NCBI GenBank assembly: GCA_963717935.1
Contig: CAVQXP010000001.1
Coordinates: 128,001-192,000, forward strand
Direction: 5' to 3'
DNA from: Candidatus Eiseniibacteriota bacterium
GTDB lineage: Bacteria; Eisenbacteria; RBG-16-71-46
DNA: 64,000 bases
In this document: piece by piece, positions 9,825 through 20,903 of the stretch
Layout of the letters: every line of letters begins with the position of its first letter
Position numbering within the stretch: position 1 is the first letter of the stretch
The notes under the pieces: model-generated
Databases searched by the model: none
Seen by the model: the letters and a program-made list of their open reading frames with translations, nothing else
Told to the model about the DNA's origin: nothing
Program-made: the position numbers and the translations under genes

Positions 9825-10881
9825 ATGGACGACGAGCAGCCCCGCGACCCGCAGAACCTCGACCGTCGTGACTTCCTCCGCCTGGGCACCACGGCTGGCG
9901 CGGGTCTCCTGACGGGCGCCCTGGCCGCGCGCGCCGGCGCCGCGTTGCCGCCGCTGCCGGTCAACCCCCGCACGCCCGCGGCCATGCCGACACGCAACCT
10001 GGGGCGCACCGGCTACCGCGTGGGCATCTTCAGCCTCGGCGGGCAGGCCGCGGTCGAGCAGCCCGACAACGAGGCGGTCGCCGTCCCGATCGTGGAGCGG
10101 GCGCTCGACCTCGGGGTGAACTACGTGGACACGGCCGCGGCCTACGGCGGCGCCCGGCGCTGGAGCCAGCGCTACATCGGCCAGGTGATGAAGCGCCGGC
10201 GCAAGGAGGCCTTCCTCACCTCGAAGACCAACGACCGGACGCGTGACGGCTCGCTGCGCCTGCTCGAGGAGTCGCTGCGCCTGTTGAACACCGATCATCT
10301 GGACCTCTGGCAGATCCACAACCTCTCGCGCCTCGAGCAGGTGGACGAGATCTTCGCACCCGGCGGCGCCATGGCGGCGCTGCAGCAGGCGCGCGACCAG
10401 AAGATGGTGCGCTTCCTCGGGGTCACGGGCCACGCCGACCCGGACGTGCTGATGGAGGCGATCCGCCGCTTCGAGTTCGACACCCTGCTGCTCGCGCTCA
10501 ACGCGGCGGACCCGCACCACCTGAGCTTCGCCGAGCGGCTTCTGCCGATGGCGGTCGAGAGACGGATGGGCATCATCGGCATGAAGATCCCGGCCCGGGG
10601 CCGCATCCTCGACTCGTGGACACCGCCGCCGCTGGACGCAACAGCGCGAGATCGAGCGGCCGGCGAAGCCCGGCACGCTCAAGATGCGCGAGGCGCTCTA
10701 CTACGTGCTGTCGCTCCCGGTGAGCACCGTGATCGTGGGCTGCGACTCGGTGGCCCAGGTCGAGGAGGACGTCGCGCTGGCGCGCGCCTTCACGCCGCTC
10801 AGCCCCTCGCAGATGACCGCGCTGACCGCGCGCACGGAACCGGTCGCCCGGCAGTCGCTCTTCTTCCGCCGCTGGCCCTGA
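9825..10881 (+). CDS. Tat-exported aldo/keto reductase (frameshifted near 10640-10680)
   Basis: AGGAGG RBS, twin-Arg DRRDFL, MPTRNLGRTG, and tetrad motifs DTAAAY, TSK, QIH. C-terminus continues in ORF 10684..10881. Confidence 0.85.
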
Positions 10882-10944
10882 TGCGCCGCCGCCCGGCTCC
10901 TCACGAGCCGGGCGGCATGGGCGGACGGAGCACGGGCCGGAGGC

Positions 10945-12495
10945 TCACCTCCAGGACAACGTCCCGTCCCCCAGTTCCATCGTGACCTCGTAGGCCAGCC
11001 GCGCGATCTTCTCGGCCTTGTCGTAGTCGAGCTTCTCCGCGTCGTCCGTGGGCGTGTTCACGTCGTCGTGGTGGCCCGAGTAGAAGGAGACGGCGGGGAT
11101 GCCCACGAGGTGGAACGAGAGGTTGTCGCTGTTCCCCGTCACGTTCTCGTACTTGAGCGGCCAGCGCAGCGTGCGGTCGTTCACGCTCCTGATCAGCCGG
11201 GTGAACTCGGGCGTGATCTTCTCGGAATCCAGCGCATAGTGGGCCCGGTCGGCCTGCGAGCTGGCGTCGGTGCGACCGATCATGTCCAGGTCCACGGCGG
11301 CGACGACGCGATCCAGCGGCACGGGACAGTGCGACACGAAGTGGCGCGAGCCGACGAGCGCCGCCTCCTCTCCCGTGAAGAGGGCGAACACGACCGAGCG
11401 CCGGGGTGGACGCAGGGCCACGGCTCGCGCGATCTCCAGCACGCCCGCGCAGCCGCTGGCATCGTCGTCGGCGCCGTTGTAGATCTCGCCGGCCTGCTTC
11501 GGCGTCGAACTGTCCAGGTGCGCGCCCACCACGACGTACTCGTCCTTGAGCACCGGGTCCGTGCCCCGGACCACCCCGACGACGTTCCACGCCGGGATCG
11601 GCTCGTCCTCGAAGCTCCCGACCACGTTCACCGACACGTTCGCCAGCGGGAAGCCCCGGGTCGTCTGCCGAACGCCCTTCGCCATGCCGGGCGGAACGCG
11701 CTTCTGGCCGGCGAAGATCGCGTTCGCGAACGCCGGCTTCGAGACGAACAGGCTCGCGATGTGCAGCGCCTCCGGAGCGGAGTCGTCGTACTCGTCGCTG
11801 GGACCCAGCGTCTTCGACCGCAGCCCCTCCCACCCCGCCACGAGATCCGGGGACGGCAGGACGATGATCCCAGCCGCCCGGTGCCCGATCAGGGTCATCA
11901 TCTTCCGGAACACGGCGGACGGGGGCGCATAGCGGGCGTGGACCGCCTCGGGCAGGACGGGCTTGCCGTTCCGCATCGGAGCGCCCATCAGGAGCAGGAC
12001 GACCTTGTTCCGGACGTCGAGCCCCCGGAGGTCGTCCCACCCGTGCCCGGGCTCGCTGATGCCGTAGCCGACGTACACGAGCGGCAGAGCCCGGCGTTCC
12101 ATGGGATAGATCTCGCCCTGGAACCATTTCACGTCCTGCCCCTCGGGGAAGACCCGCTCGCCCGTCGCGGTCCTGACGACCAGGGAGAGCGGACCGCTCA
12201 CCGTGCGCCGGACGACGGGCACGTCCTGGCTGAACGGGCCGTGCGTGCCCTGCTCGAGGAGCGGCAGCACGCCCGCGGCGTGGAACTGGCTCCCGGCGTA
12301 CTGCGCAGCGACCTCGAAACCGCGCGAGCTGGCGGCTCGTCCACCCAGGGCGTCGGACGCGAGGAAGTAGACGTGCCCCCGCAATGCCGCGGCCGTGATG
12401 GACTCGACCGGCGGCGCCTCGACGGCGCGCACCACCGGCGAGACGAGGACGAGGCCCAGCCCCAGGAGAAGACAGACGACGAAGGAACGCTGCAT
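10945..12495 (-). CDS. Secreted M28 family peptidase with PA-like insert
   Basis: Signal peptide after GGAGG. GAHLD, NGADDDASG, FTGEE, LDMIG, SDN and YSGHHDD metal-site motifs. Confidence 0.88.
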   Translation of the reverse strand: MQRSFVVCLLLGLGLVLVSPVVRAVEAPPVESITAAALRGHVYFLASDALGGRAASSRGFEVAAQYAGSQFHAAGVLPLLEQGTHGPFSQDVPVVRRTVSGPLSLVVRTATGERVFPEGQDVKWFQGEIYPMERRALPLVYVGYGISEPGHGWDDLRGLDVRNKVVLLLMGAPMRNGKPVLPEAVHARYAPPSAVFRKMMTLIGHRAAGIIVLPSPDLVAGWEGLRSKTLGPSDEYDDSAPEALHIASLFVSKPAFANAIFAGQKRVPPGMAKGVRQTTRGFPLANVSVNVVGSFEDEPIPAWNVVGVVRGTDPVLKDEYVVVGAHLDSSTPKQAGEIYNGADDDASGCAGVLEIARAVALRPPRRSVVFALFTGEEAALVGSRHFVSHCPVPLDRVVAAVDLDMIGRTDASSQADRAHYALDSEKITPEFTRLIRSVNDRTLRWPLKYENVTGNSDNLSFHLVGIPAVSFYSGHHDDVNTPTDDAEKLDYDKAEKIARLAYEVTMELGDGTLSWR

Positions 12496-12711
12496 CGGGA
12501 GACCTCCAGGCGGAAGATCACTTGGATGGATTCGGGAAACGCCCCGGCGCAGGCAGGCTCCTCCCTTCCGTTCGGGCCTACGAGGTCCTGCCTGCGAAGG
12601 TTGCACACGACCGGGGCCGGTCTTGAAGCGGCCTCCCGAGGCCAGCCCTCGCCTGGACCGGAGGTGCGGCGGGGACCCCGGGGGCCACCGCCGCGGCCTT
12701 CGTCTCCGCCG

Positions 12712-14768
12712 CTACTTCTTCGTCCACTGGTCGAGCCAGCCGATCACCGTCTCGTGCCAGAGGACGCTGTTCCTGGGTTTCAGGATCCAGTGGTTCTCGT
12801 CGGGGAAGTACAGGAACTTGCTCGGGATGCCAAGACGCTGGAGCGCGGTGAAGGTCATGATGCCGTTGACGTCCGGGATGCGGTAGTCGCGCGCGCCGTG
12901 CACGACCAGCATCGGCGTCTTCCAGTTCTTCACGAAGTTGACCGGGTTCTGGCTCTCGTACGCCTTCGGGTTCGACCAGGGCGTGCCCCGATGCTCGAAC
13001 TCGGGGAACCACAGCTCCTCGGTGCCGAAGTAGGCGGCACGCTCGTCGAGGTTGCCGTCGTGGGTCACGAGACAGCGGAAGCGGTCGGGCCAGTTGCCCG
13101 CGATCCAGTTGGTCATGTAGGCGCCGTACGAGGCGCCCAGGGCCGCCACGCGCGTGCCGTCCATCCACGGGTAGCGCCGCAGCGCGGCGTCGAGCCCCTT
13201 CTTGAGGTCCTCGAGCGGCTTGCCGCCCCAGTCGTCGCGGATCGCTTCCTGGAACGCCTGCCCGTAGCCGGTCGAGCCGTGGAAGTCCACCGCCACCGTG
13301 GCGTAGCCGGCCCCGGCGTAGGCCTGCGGGTTCCAGCGGTAGTGGAAATCGTTGCCGAAGGAACCTTGCGGGCCACCGTGGATGAGGAACGCCACCGGGT
13401 ACCTCTTCGCGGGGTCGAAGTCCACGGGCTTGACCACGTAGCAGTGGACGACGTCGCCCCGGGCGCCCTTGAAGGTGAACTGCTCGGGCTCGCCCATGCG
13501 CGTGGCGGCGACCTTGCCGGCGTTGATGCGCGTGATCGTGGTGACGTCGCTGCCGTCCGGCCGGACCGAGTGCAGTTCGGTCGGGGACGCGGAGGTCCTC
13601 GAGCGCGTACACGACGCGCTCCGGGGCCATCGAGATGGCCTTGACGGTCCCCTGTCCGACCACGGTGCGGACCCTGCCGGTCGCCACGTCCACGGCGAAG
13701 AGCGAGCCCTGTCCGAGGTCGTCGGCCACGGCATAGAGGGTCTTGCCGTCCGGGCCCCACGCGATGGACGAGGGCGAGCGGTCCCACGCCTCGCTCAACA
13801 CCCGGGCCGGTCCGTCGGGCCAGGGCATGAGCACGATGCGGAAGCGGTCGGCCTCGAAGTCCGGCACCTTCATGGCGAGATAGGCGAGCGTCCTGCCGTC
13901 GGGCGAGAACGCGGGCTGCGTGTCCCACGCCGGGTTCCCGGCGGTGAGCTTGCGCGGGGCCGCGGAGCCATCGAGCGGTACGGCGAAGAGGTCGAAGTTC
14001 GTGGACCAGGCCTCCTTGCGCCCGACGTCCCTCGCGGAGAAGACGACGGACTTCCCGTCGGGGCTGATCGCGAGCTCCTCGGCGCCGCCGAAGGGCTTGC
14101 TCGGGCAGTCGGCGTCCATCCCCTTCATGAGGTCCACGGCCTCGCCGCCCGCGACGGGCACGGCGAACAGGTGCGAGCGCCGGCCGTCGCACCAGGCGTC
14201 CCAGTGCCGCACGAAGAGCTTCTCGTAGATCCTGCCGCTCGGGCCCGCCTTCTCGCGCCTCCTCCGCCGCGTCGAGCCGCTTCTGCGTCTCTTCGAGCCC
14301 GGCCCCCGGGAAGACCTCCATCGCCACCACCAGGCGCGAGTCATCCGGGGTGATCTCGAAGGCGTTGACGTCGAGCGGCAGGCGCGTCACCTGCTCGGCC
14401 TCGCCCCCGCCCACCGGGATGCGCCAGACCTGCGAGGAGCCCGAGCGGCTCGAGAGGAACCAGACGGAGCGACCGTCGGCCGACCAGCGCGGGTCGGAGT
14501 CGCCGGCCTCGTGCGAGGTGAGGCGCGTGAGCCCGTTGCCGTCGGTGCCCACCAGCCAGAGGTCGGTGCGCCGCCGGTTGTGCTCGAGGTCCGTGCGGCT
14601 CAGCACGAAGACGACCAGCCGGCCGTCGGGCGAGACCCGCGGGTCGGAGACGCGGTCCATCGCGAGCATGTCGTGGACCGAGAACGGATGGGTCGCCGCC
14701 ACCGCAGGCGCGACGAGAGCAACCACGGGGGCGAACGCCAGCCACAGCAACAGGAACACGCGAAGCAT
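12712..14768 (-). CDS. S9 family prolyl-oligopeptidase/dipeptidyl-peptidase-5-like protein (frameshifts near 14260 and 13590)
   Basis: Signal peptide, PD40/WD propeller repeats (SPDGR), IHGGPQG, GASYG nucleophile, D and FPDENHW triad, spread across three overlapping ORFs. Confidence 0.9.
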
Positions 14769-15234
14769 GGACACCTCCAGACCGGGAACCGTGTCGCGGA
14801 CGAACGCCGCATCTTAACGCGGGGCGCACGGCAGGACTACCGACCGGGCAGCAGGGCGCGAGACCGGGCTCCCGCGACAGAGGCCGGGCCGGCCGGGATC
14901 GAGTGCGAATGCGAGCGGGGTCCCGTGGTCACCGTGGCCCGAACGAACGTCGCGCAGCTCGCCTCGCCCTTCGAGGCGATCGGGTGCACGCGGCGGCACC
15001 GCTCCCCGGCTCCCGCGCTGGAGTCGCTGTAGCCACGGGTGTGGGCGAAACCGCACGCGGCGACGAAACAATCCGGAGGCATCTCGTATCCGCCCGACGA
15101 TGCGGGATACCGAATCGAGCCGACCGGGTCGGCGGCGATCGGACCCTGGAAGACCTCGGGCGCGCGTCGAGTCCGTGAGCGGGGGGCCCGCGCGGTCTCG
15201 CCAGGGCTGTCAGCCATCCTGGCGGCAACCCCCG

Positions 15235-15259
15235 TAACACATGTGTAAACCATCTGTTA
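15235..15259. promoter_or_regulatory. AT-rich inverted repeat, candidate operator
   Basis: taacacatg-N7-catctgtta (8/9 match), overlapping the perfect palindrome acacatgtgt, in a divergent intergenic region. Confidence 0.4.
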
Positions 15260-15321
15260 GCGCTCGCCGCCAGCCACCGCCACCTCGCGTCCGGGTGGGC
15301 CGGGAGGCTCCCAACCGGCAT

Positions 15322-15348
15322 TAAGTGGCGGGGTGAAGCCGCCGATAA
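15322..15348 (+). promoter_or_regulatory. Sigma28 (FliA/SigD/WhiG)-like promoter
   Basis: TAAG-N15-GCCGATAA versus consensus TAAA-N15-GCCGATAA. Confidence 0.6.
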
Positions 15349-15522
15349 CCTGAACGTACCAGGGACGGCCACGGGGGACCTCGGAGCACGGGCCACGTCG
15401 GCGCCCCCTGCGGACGTCGAACAGTGCTAACTCCCGGGGGGACATGCTCCCGGCTCCATGCAGTGAACGGCCGTGCTCCAAAGCAGACCCTGCAGTGAGG
15501 CTGCCCGAGAAAGGAACCCACC

Positions 15523-16029
15523 ATGACCCGCGCTCGACCGCTCCCCTCTCGAATCGGCGCCGGCACCGTGCTCACCACGGCATGTCTCGCGCTCCTCTTC
15601 TGCGCCCCGGCCCAGGCCGGCGGCGCCGGCCACCGGACCGTCAAGCGAACGCCGGCGGCGGCCACCCAGGCGAAGCCGGCCACTCCGGCCGCCGTGCCGA
15701 CGGTGGCGCTCCCCGCGGTGACCCTCGGCATGCTGGCAGCGATCGACCCCGCGAACGGGCGCCTGGTCATGCCTTCCACCGAGGAGATCCTGCTGCTCTC
15801 GGACACCGAGAAGACGGGCATGCGCCACACGTCCACCGGCCTGACCGAGTTCCACGGCCCCGCCGGCGCGATCGGAGTGGACCTGCAGGGCCGCTTCATG
15901 GACTTCACGGTCGTCCGGCTCGACCTCCGGGGCCGACCTCACTTCCTGGGCGTGAACGAAGCATCGGCCCTGCTGCGCCTGCTCGATCCGCGCGCGCCCG
16001 CCCCCACCCCGGCCTACAGGGAGAGATAG
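15523..16029 (+). CDS. Secreted small protein, post-PEP-CTERM-1-like domain
   Basis: Signal peptide, Ala/Pro linker, IDPANGRL..P..EE and GVDLQGRFMDFTVVRLD..G motif. Stop lies 2 nt before the protease start. Confidence 0.6.
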   Translation: MTRARPLPSRIGAGTVLTTACLALLFCAPAQAGGAGHRTVKRTPAAATQAKPATPAAVPTVALPAVTLGMLAAIDPANGRLVMPSTEEILLLSDTEKTGMRHTSTGLTEFHGPAGAIGVDLQGRFMDFTVVRLDLRGRPHFLGVNEASALLRLLDPRAPAPTPAYRER

Positions 16030-16031
16030 CC

Positions 16032-17735
16032 ATGGCACCCCGTGTCCTCCTGCGGCTGCGCCGGCTCCTCCCGGCGCTCGCGTTCGTCTGCCTGGCGGCG
16101 TCCGCGCAGGCGGCGACCATCACCATCGTCAACAACGACGCCACCCGCGAGGGCTTCAACGACCCGACGGCGACCGCGCCGGTGGGCGGCAACAGCGGCA
16201 CCACCCTTGGCCAGCAACGCCTCAACGTGTTCCAGCAGGCGGCGTCCATCTGGGGCGGGATCCTGCCGAGCACCGTGCAGATCCGCATCGACGCCACCTT
16301 CGACCCGCTCACCTGCACGTCGGGCGGCGCGGTGCTGGGATGCTGCGGCGCCGCTTCCATCTGGAGGGACTTCACCGGCGCCCCGCACGCCGGCACCTGG
16401 TACCCGAAGGCCCTGGCCAACAAGCTCGCCGGCACGGACCTCGACCCGGACAATGCGGACATCGTCGCCTGCTTCAACTCGAGCCTGGACGAATCCGGCT
16501 GCCTGGACAGTCACCCCTGGTACTACGGGTTCGATCACGATCCCAAGGCGAAGATCGATCTGCTGGCCGTCGTGCTCCACGAGATGGGGCACGGACTCGG
16601 GTTCACCACCTTCGTGAATGGCACCACCGGAGAGTTCTTCGGCGGGCGCCCGGACGCCTTCGCGAAGTTCGTCCTCGACGAGACCACCGGGCTCCACTGG
16701 GACGAGATGGCCGACTCCCAGCGCGCGGCTTCCGCGATCAACACCTTCAAGGTGCTCTGGGACGGGCCCGCGACCCGGTGCATGGCCCCCCTGACCCTGC
16801 AGTACGGGCGGCCCGTCCTGCGGGTGAACGCGCCCCTCGCCATCGCCGGGAACATCGCGGTGGGGACCGCTGTCTTCGGGCCCGCGCTCTCCAGCCCGGG
16901 CGTGACCGGCGGCGTCGTGCTGGCGGTGGACAACTTCGCGCCCACCAGCGACGCCTGCTCCGTGCTCAACAACAGCGCCGAGATGGCCGGCCGGATCGCC
17001 CTCGTGGACCGCGGCGCCTGCAACTTCACCGACAAGGTCAAGGCCTGCCAGCGTGCCGGCGCGATCGGCGTGATCGTGGCGGACGACGTGGCCGGCTCTC
17101 CGCCCGCGGGCTTGTCGGGCACCGACCCCACCATCACCATCCCGTCGGTGGGCGTGACCCTGGCGGACGGCAACACGCTCAAGGCGCAGCTCGCGAGCGG
17201 GCTGAACGTCACGTTGCTGACCGACCCCGCGCTCCTGCTGGGCGCCGACCCGCAGGGCAGGGTGATGCTCTACACGCCGAACCCGTTGCAGCCGGGCGTC
17301 TCCCTCTCGCACTGGGACGCTTCCGCCACCCCCAACCTGCTGATGGAGCCGGCCCTCAACGACGGCCTGACCTCGAGCGTGGACCTCACCCTCGCGGTGT
17401 TCGAGGACCTCGGCTGGCTGCCGAGCACCACGGACGTGCCGGGCGGCGCGCTCCCGGCGACCGCGGCGTTGCCGCCGAACACGCCCAACCCGTTCGCGCG
17501 CTCGACCTCGATCCGCTTCGAATTGCCGCGTGACGCCGAGACCGAACTCGCGGTCTACGACATCTCCGGGCGGCTCGTCCGCAGCCTGCTGCACGGGCGC
17601 TTCCCTGCCGGCTCCCACGTGATCGTGTGGGACGGCAGCGGCACCGACGGCCACCGCGTCCGCAACGGCGTCTACTTCACCTGCCTGAAGGTGGGCGGCG
17701 AATTGCGCTCCCGCCAGATCGTGCTCGTGCAGTAA
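16032..17735 (+). CDS. Secreted zinc metallopeptidase with PA domain and C-terminal FlgD-Ig-like domain
   Basis: Signal peptide, HEMGHGLGF, PA motif IALVDRGACNFTDKV, SHWD/NLLMEP, and C-terminal PNPF..VYDISGRLVR..WDG..GVYF. Confidence 0.85.
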   Translation: MAPRVLLRLRRLLPALAFVCLAASAQAATITIVNNDATREGFNDPTATAPVGGNSGTTLGQQRLNVFQQAASIWGGILPSTVQIRIDATFDPLTCTSGGAVLGCCGAASIWRDFTGAPHAGTWYPKALANKLAGTDLDPDNADIVACFNSSLDESGCLDSHPWYYGFDHDPKAKIDLLAVVLHEMGHGLGFTTFVNGTTGEFFGGRPDAFAKFVLDETTGLHWDEMADSQRAASAINTFKVLWDGPATRCMAPLTLQYGRPVLRVNAPLAIAGNIAVGTAVFGPALSSPGVTGGVVLAVDNFAPTSDACSVLNNSAEMAGRIALVDRGACNFTDKVKACQRAGAIGVIVADDVAGSPPAGLSGTDPTITIPSVGVTLADGNTLKAQLASGLNVTLLTDPALLLGADPQGRVMLYTPNPLQPGVSLSHWDASATPNLLMEPALNDGLTSSVDLTLAVFEDLGWLPSTTDVPGGALPATAALPPNTPNPFARSTSIRFELPRDAETELAVYDISGRLVRSLLHGRFPAGSHVIVWDGSGTDGHRVRNGVYFTCLKVGGELRSRQIVLVQ

Positions 17736-17760
17736 CCGCTCCGCGCGCGGGGCGCACCAC

Positions 17761-17799
17761 GCGAAGGCCCCCGGGGGCGCCGCCCCCGGGGGCCTTCGC
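17761..17799. terminator. 18-bp hairpin between convergent genes
   Basis: gcgaaggcccccgggggc-gcc-gcccccgggggccttcgc. Confidence 0.7.
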
Positions 17800-17848
17800 C
17801 TGCGGCACGACCGCGGCGGCGCCCGCCGGACCTGCTTCCGGCGGCCTC

Positions 17849-20800
17849 TCAGGCGCCCCGCGCCCCACCCTTCCACACCCGCGCGACGAGCGCGGCACCA
17901 TCCTCGACCAGCGTGTACAGGCAGGGCACCAGCACGAGCGTCAGCACCGTGGACGCCACGAGCCCACCCATGACGGTGCGCGCCAGCGGATAGTAGAGCA
18001 CGCCCCCGGCATGGTTGCCCCCCACCGCCAGCGGCGCCATGCCGAGCACCGTGCAGAACATGGTCATGAGGATCGGGCGCAGCCGGTCGTGCGAGGCCTC
18101 GAGGATGGCGCGCGTGCGCTCGACACCGCGCGCGCGCAGCTGGTGGATGTGGTGCACCAGCACGATGCCGTTGTTCACCACGATGCCGATCAGGATGAGC
18201 ACGCCGATCTGAGACATCAGGTTGAAGGGGCTGCGGGTGAGCAGACAGGTCGCCGCGATCCCCACGAACGCGAACGGCAGCGCGAACATGATCGCGAACG
18301 GATGGAGCAGCGATTCGAACAGGCTGGCCATGACCAGGTACACCAGCACCAGCGCCAGCAGCAGATTGACGAGCATCTCCTGCTGGGTGCGCCCCTCCGC
18401 CTCGAAGGCCTCGCCGAAGGACCACGTGTAGCCGGTGGGGAAGCTCATCGCGTTCATCAGGCGGTTCGCCGTCTTGCGCATCTCGCCGCCGCGCGTGGCG
18501 TCGTAATTCGCGCGCACCGACAGCACCGAGCGCCGCTGCTGGCGCTCCACGCTGCTCGGCGTGCGCACGGTGCGGAAATCCGCGACCGCCGCCAGCGGGA
18601 CGGACCGGAGAGCACCCGCCACGGGCCCCGCGACGGTGAGCGGGAGGTCGCGCAGGCGATCGAGGCTCGAACGGTCCTCGCGCACCAGCTGGGCGTTCAC
18701 CTGGACCTCCCCGTCGGGCCCGCGGTAGCGCGCCAGCTGGCGTCCGCGGAAATAGGCCGCCACCGAGCCGCCGACCTCCGCGGTGGAGAGGCCGTACTGG
18801 CTGGCGCGCTGCCGGTCCACGACGACCTCCACCTGCTCGCGGCCCCGCTCGCCTCCGACCACCACGTCGGTGAGACCGTCCACCCCGGCCAGCCGGCGGC
18901 GCACCTCCTCCGCCAGCGACTCCAGACGCGGCCCGGGCTCGCCGTACAGGCGCACCGCCAGGCGAGTCGAGCCCGACTGGCTCTCGTTGTCCTCGAGCCG
19001 CAGCTTGAGTCCCGGCAGCGCCGGAAGCCCTGCGCGCAGCGCCTTGCGCAGCACGCGTGCGCCCTCGTCGTTCGCCTTCGCGTCGGCCAGGTAGGCGCGC
19101 GTGACCGCGTAGTTGTTGCTGTAGTAGGTGTACGTGGACTTGACCTGCAGCGAGTCCCTGCGCGGGAGGATCCACTCCTCGACACGGTCGACGTACCGCT
19201 CCACCTCCCGGTGGTTGAGGTTGTCGGCGAACTCGTAGTCGATGCGCACGGCCTCGACCTTGCTGCCGGTGAACGCGCTCTTGTCCACCGGGATGAACAT
19301 GACGATCGCGCCGGCGAAGACGGCGAACGCGATGCCGACCGCCCCGGGACGGTGCGCGAGCGTCCAGGCCAGCACGCGCTGGTGGAGGTCGGCGAGGCGC
19401 GTGATCAGGCGCGACGGCGCGCCGGCATCCGCCTTGATCACCCGCCCCATGGCGAGCGGGATCACCGTCAGCGAGAGGAACAGCGAGCAGACGAGGGTGA
19501 AGATGATCGTGCGCCCGACCTCGCCGATCCAGATGGTGACCTGCGAGCGCCCGCCCAGCACCAGCGGCAGGAACACGATGACGGAGGTCATCGTGGACGA
19601 GATCACCGCCGGCAGGACCTCCTGGCTCCCGCGCAGGGCCGCCCGCACGCGCGACACGCCGCGCTCGCGCTGCCGGTGGATGCTCTCGAGGATCACGACC
19701 GCGTTGTCCACCAGCATGCCCACCGCGAGCATCAGGCCCATCATCGAGAGGATGTTGAGCGAACGCCCGCCGAAGTAGAGCATGGCCAGGGTGGCGAGCA
19801 GGGCGCAGGGGATCACCGTCGCCACCACCAGCGTGGTGGTCAGGCGGCGCAGGAAGAAGAACAGCACGAGCACGGCCAGCACCGCGCCCACCAGCCCGGC
19901 GTGCAGCAGCCCGTCGATCGAGTTGCGGATCTCCTTCGCCTGGTCGGTGAAGGTCAGGACCCGGATGCCGCGCAGCATCGGGTCGGCCTGGATCTCGGCC
20001 AGCACGCGGTTCGCGCGCTCGGCCACCACCACGCTGTTCGCACCCGACTCCTTGATGACGTTGAGCCCGATCGCCCGTCCCCCGTCCAGGTGCCGGCCGT
20101 AGTCGAGGTCGGGCTCCCGCAGCGACACCGTCGCCACGTCCCGCAGGCGCACGCCGCGGTCGTCCACCGGGAACTCCTCGAACTCGCGCAGGGAGTTGAA
20201 CTGGCTCACCACGCGCAACGGCCAGGCCTCGCCGCGGCGGCGCAGCAGGCCGGCGCTCGCGCTGCGGCTCGAGGCATCCAGTCGCTGCAACAGCCGGCCG
20301 GCGTCCACGCGGTGCCGCAGCAGGTCCGCCAGCCGGAAGTCGATCCGCACCTGCGGCGGCTCCACGCCGTAGAGCTCGACCTTGGCGACGCCCGGCACGC
20401 GCCGCAGCGGATCGGCCACATGGCGGTTCAGCAGCTCGTAGTCGTGCGACAGGTCGCGGTCGGCCGCGATGCGGCACTCCAGCACCGGGATCTCCGACGT
20501 GCGGAACGAGTTCACGGTGATGAGGTCCACGTCCACCGGCAGCAGATCGCGGATGCGCTCCAGCTTCTCTCGCGCCTCCACGCGCCGCGCCGCCATGTCT
20601 TCGCCCCAGTCGAACTCGAGGCTGACGTTGGCCCCGGTCGCGGACGAGTTGGAGGAGATCTTGCGCACGCGGCTCAGCGTGGCCAGCGCCTCCTCGGCCG
20701 GGCGCGTGATCTGCTCCTCGACCTGGGCGGGCAGCGCGTTCGGGTACGGGATGTTGATCTCGAGGTACGGCGCGCTCACGTCCGGCAGGAATGCCAGCGG

Positions 20801-20896
20801 GACGCGGGGCGCCGACAGCGCGCCCAGCACCAGCAGGCAGACCAGCACCATGCTGGCGGTCACCGGCCGGCGGATGCTCCAGCGCGGCAGGTTCAT
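17849..20896 (-). CDS. RND efflux permease (AcrB/AcrD/AcrF family)
   Basis: 1015 aa. SIRRPV start, GMLVDNAVVILE, GIVVNNGIVL, RLRPILMT. Confidence 0.93.
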   Translation of the reverse strand: MNLPRWSIRRPVTASMVLVCLLVLGALSAPRVPLAFLPDVSAPYLEINIPYPNALPAQVEEQITRPAEEALATLSRVRKISSNSSATGANVSLEFDWGEDMAARRVEAREKLERIRDLLPVDVDLITVNSFRTSEIPVLECRIAADRDLSHDYELLNRHVADPLRRVPGVAKVELYGVEPPQVRIDFRLADLLRHRVDAGRLLQRLDASSRSASAGLLRRRGEAWPLRVVSQFNSLREFEEFPVDDRGVRLRDVATVSLREPDLDYGRHLDGGRAIGLNVIKESGANSVVVAERANRVLAEIQADPMLRGIRVLTFTDQAKEIRNSIDGLLHAGLVGAVLAVLVLFFFLRRLTTTLVVATVIPCALLATLAMLYFGGRSLNILSMMGLMLAVGMLVDNAVVILESIHRQRERGVSRVRAALRGSQEVLPAVISSTMTSVIVFLPLVLGGRSQVTIWIGEVGRTIIFTLVCSLFLSLTVIPLAMGRVIKADAGAPSRLITRLADLHQRVLAWTLAHRPGAVGIAFAVFAGAIVMFIPVDKSAFTGSKVEAVRIDYEFADNLNHREVERYVDRVEEWILPRRDSLQVKSTYTYYSNNYAVTRAYLADAKANDEGARVLRKALRAGLPALPGLKLRLEDNESQSGSTRLAVRLYGEPGPRLESLAEEVRRRLAGVDGLTDVVVGGERGREQVEVVVDRQRASQYGLSTAEVGGSVAAYFRGRQLARYRGPDGEVQVNAQLVREDRSSLDRLRDLPLTVAGPVAGALRSVPLAAVADFRTVRTPSSVERQQRRSVLSVRANYDATRGGEMRKTANRLMNAMSFPTGYTWSFGEAFEAEGRTQQEMLVNLLLALVLVYLVMASLFESLLHPFAIMFALPFAFVGIAATCLLTRSPFNLMSQIGVLILIGIVVNNGIVLVHHIHQLRARGVERTRAILEASHDRLRPILMTMFCTVLGMAPLAVGGNHAGGVLYYPLARTVMGGLVASTVLTLVLVPCLYTLVEDGAALVARVWKGGARGA

Positions 20897-20903
20897 GACC
20901 CGC

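Noticed and set aside
15320..15440. Possible SAM-I or c-di-AMP riboswitch (tgaagcc..aacc, gggggacc, gtgctaactcc fragments)
   Set aside because: The fragments are incomplete or out of order and the P1 elements are missing. The sigma28 promoter explains the 5' part better. An Rfam cmscan would settle it.
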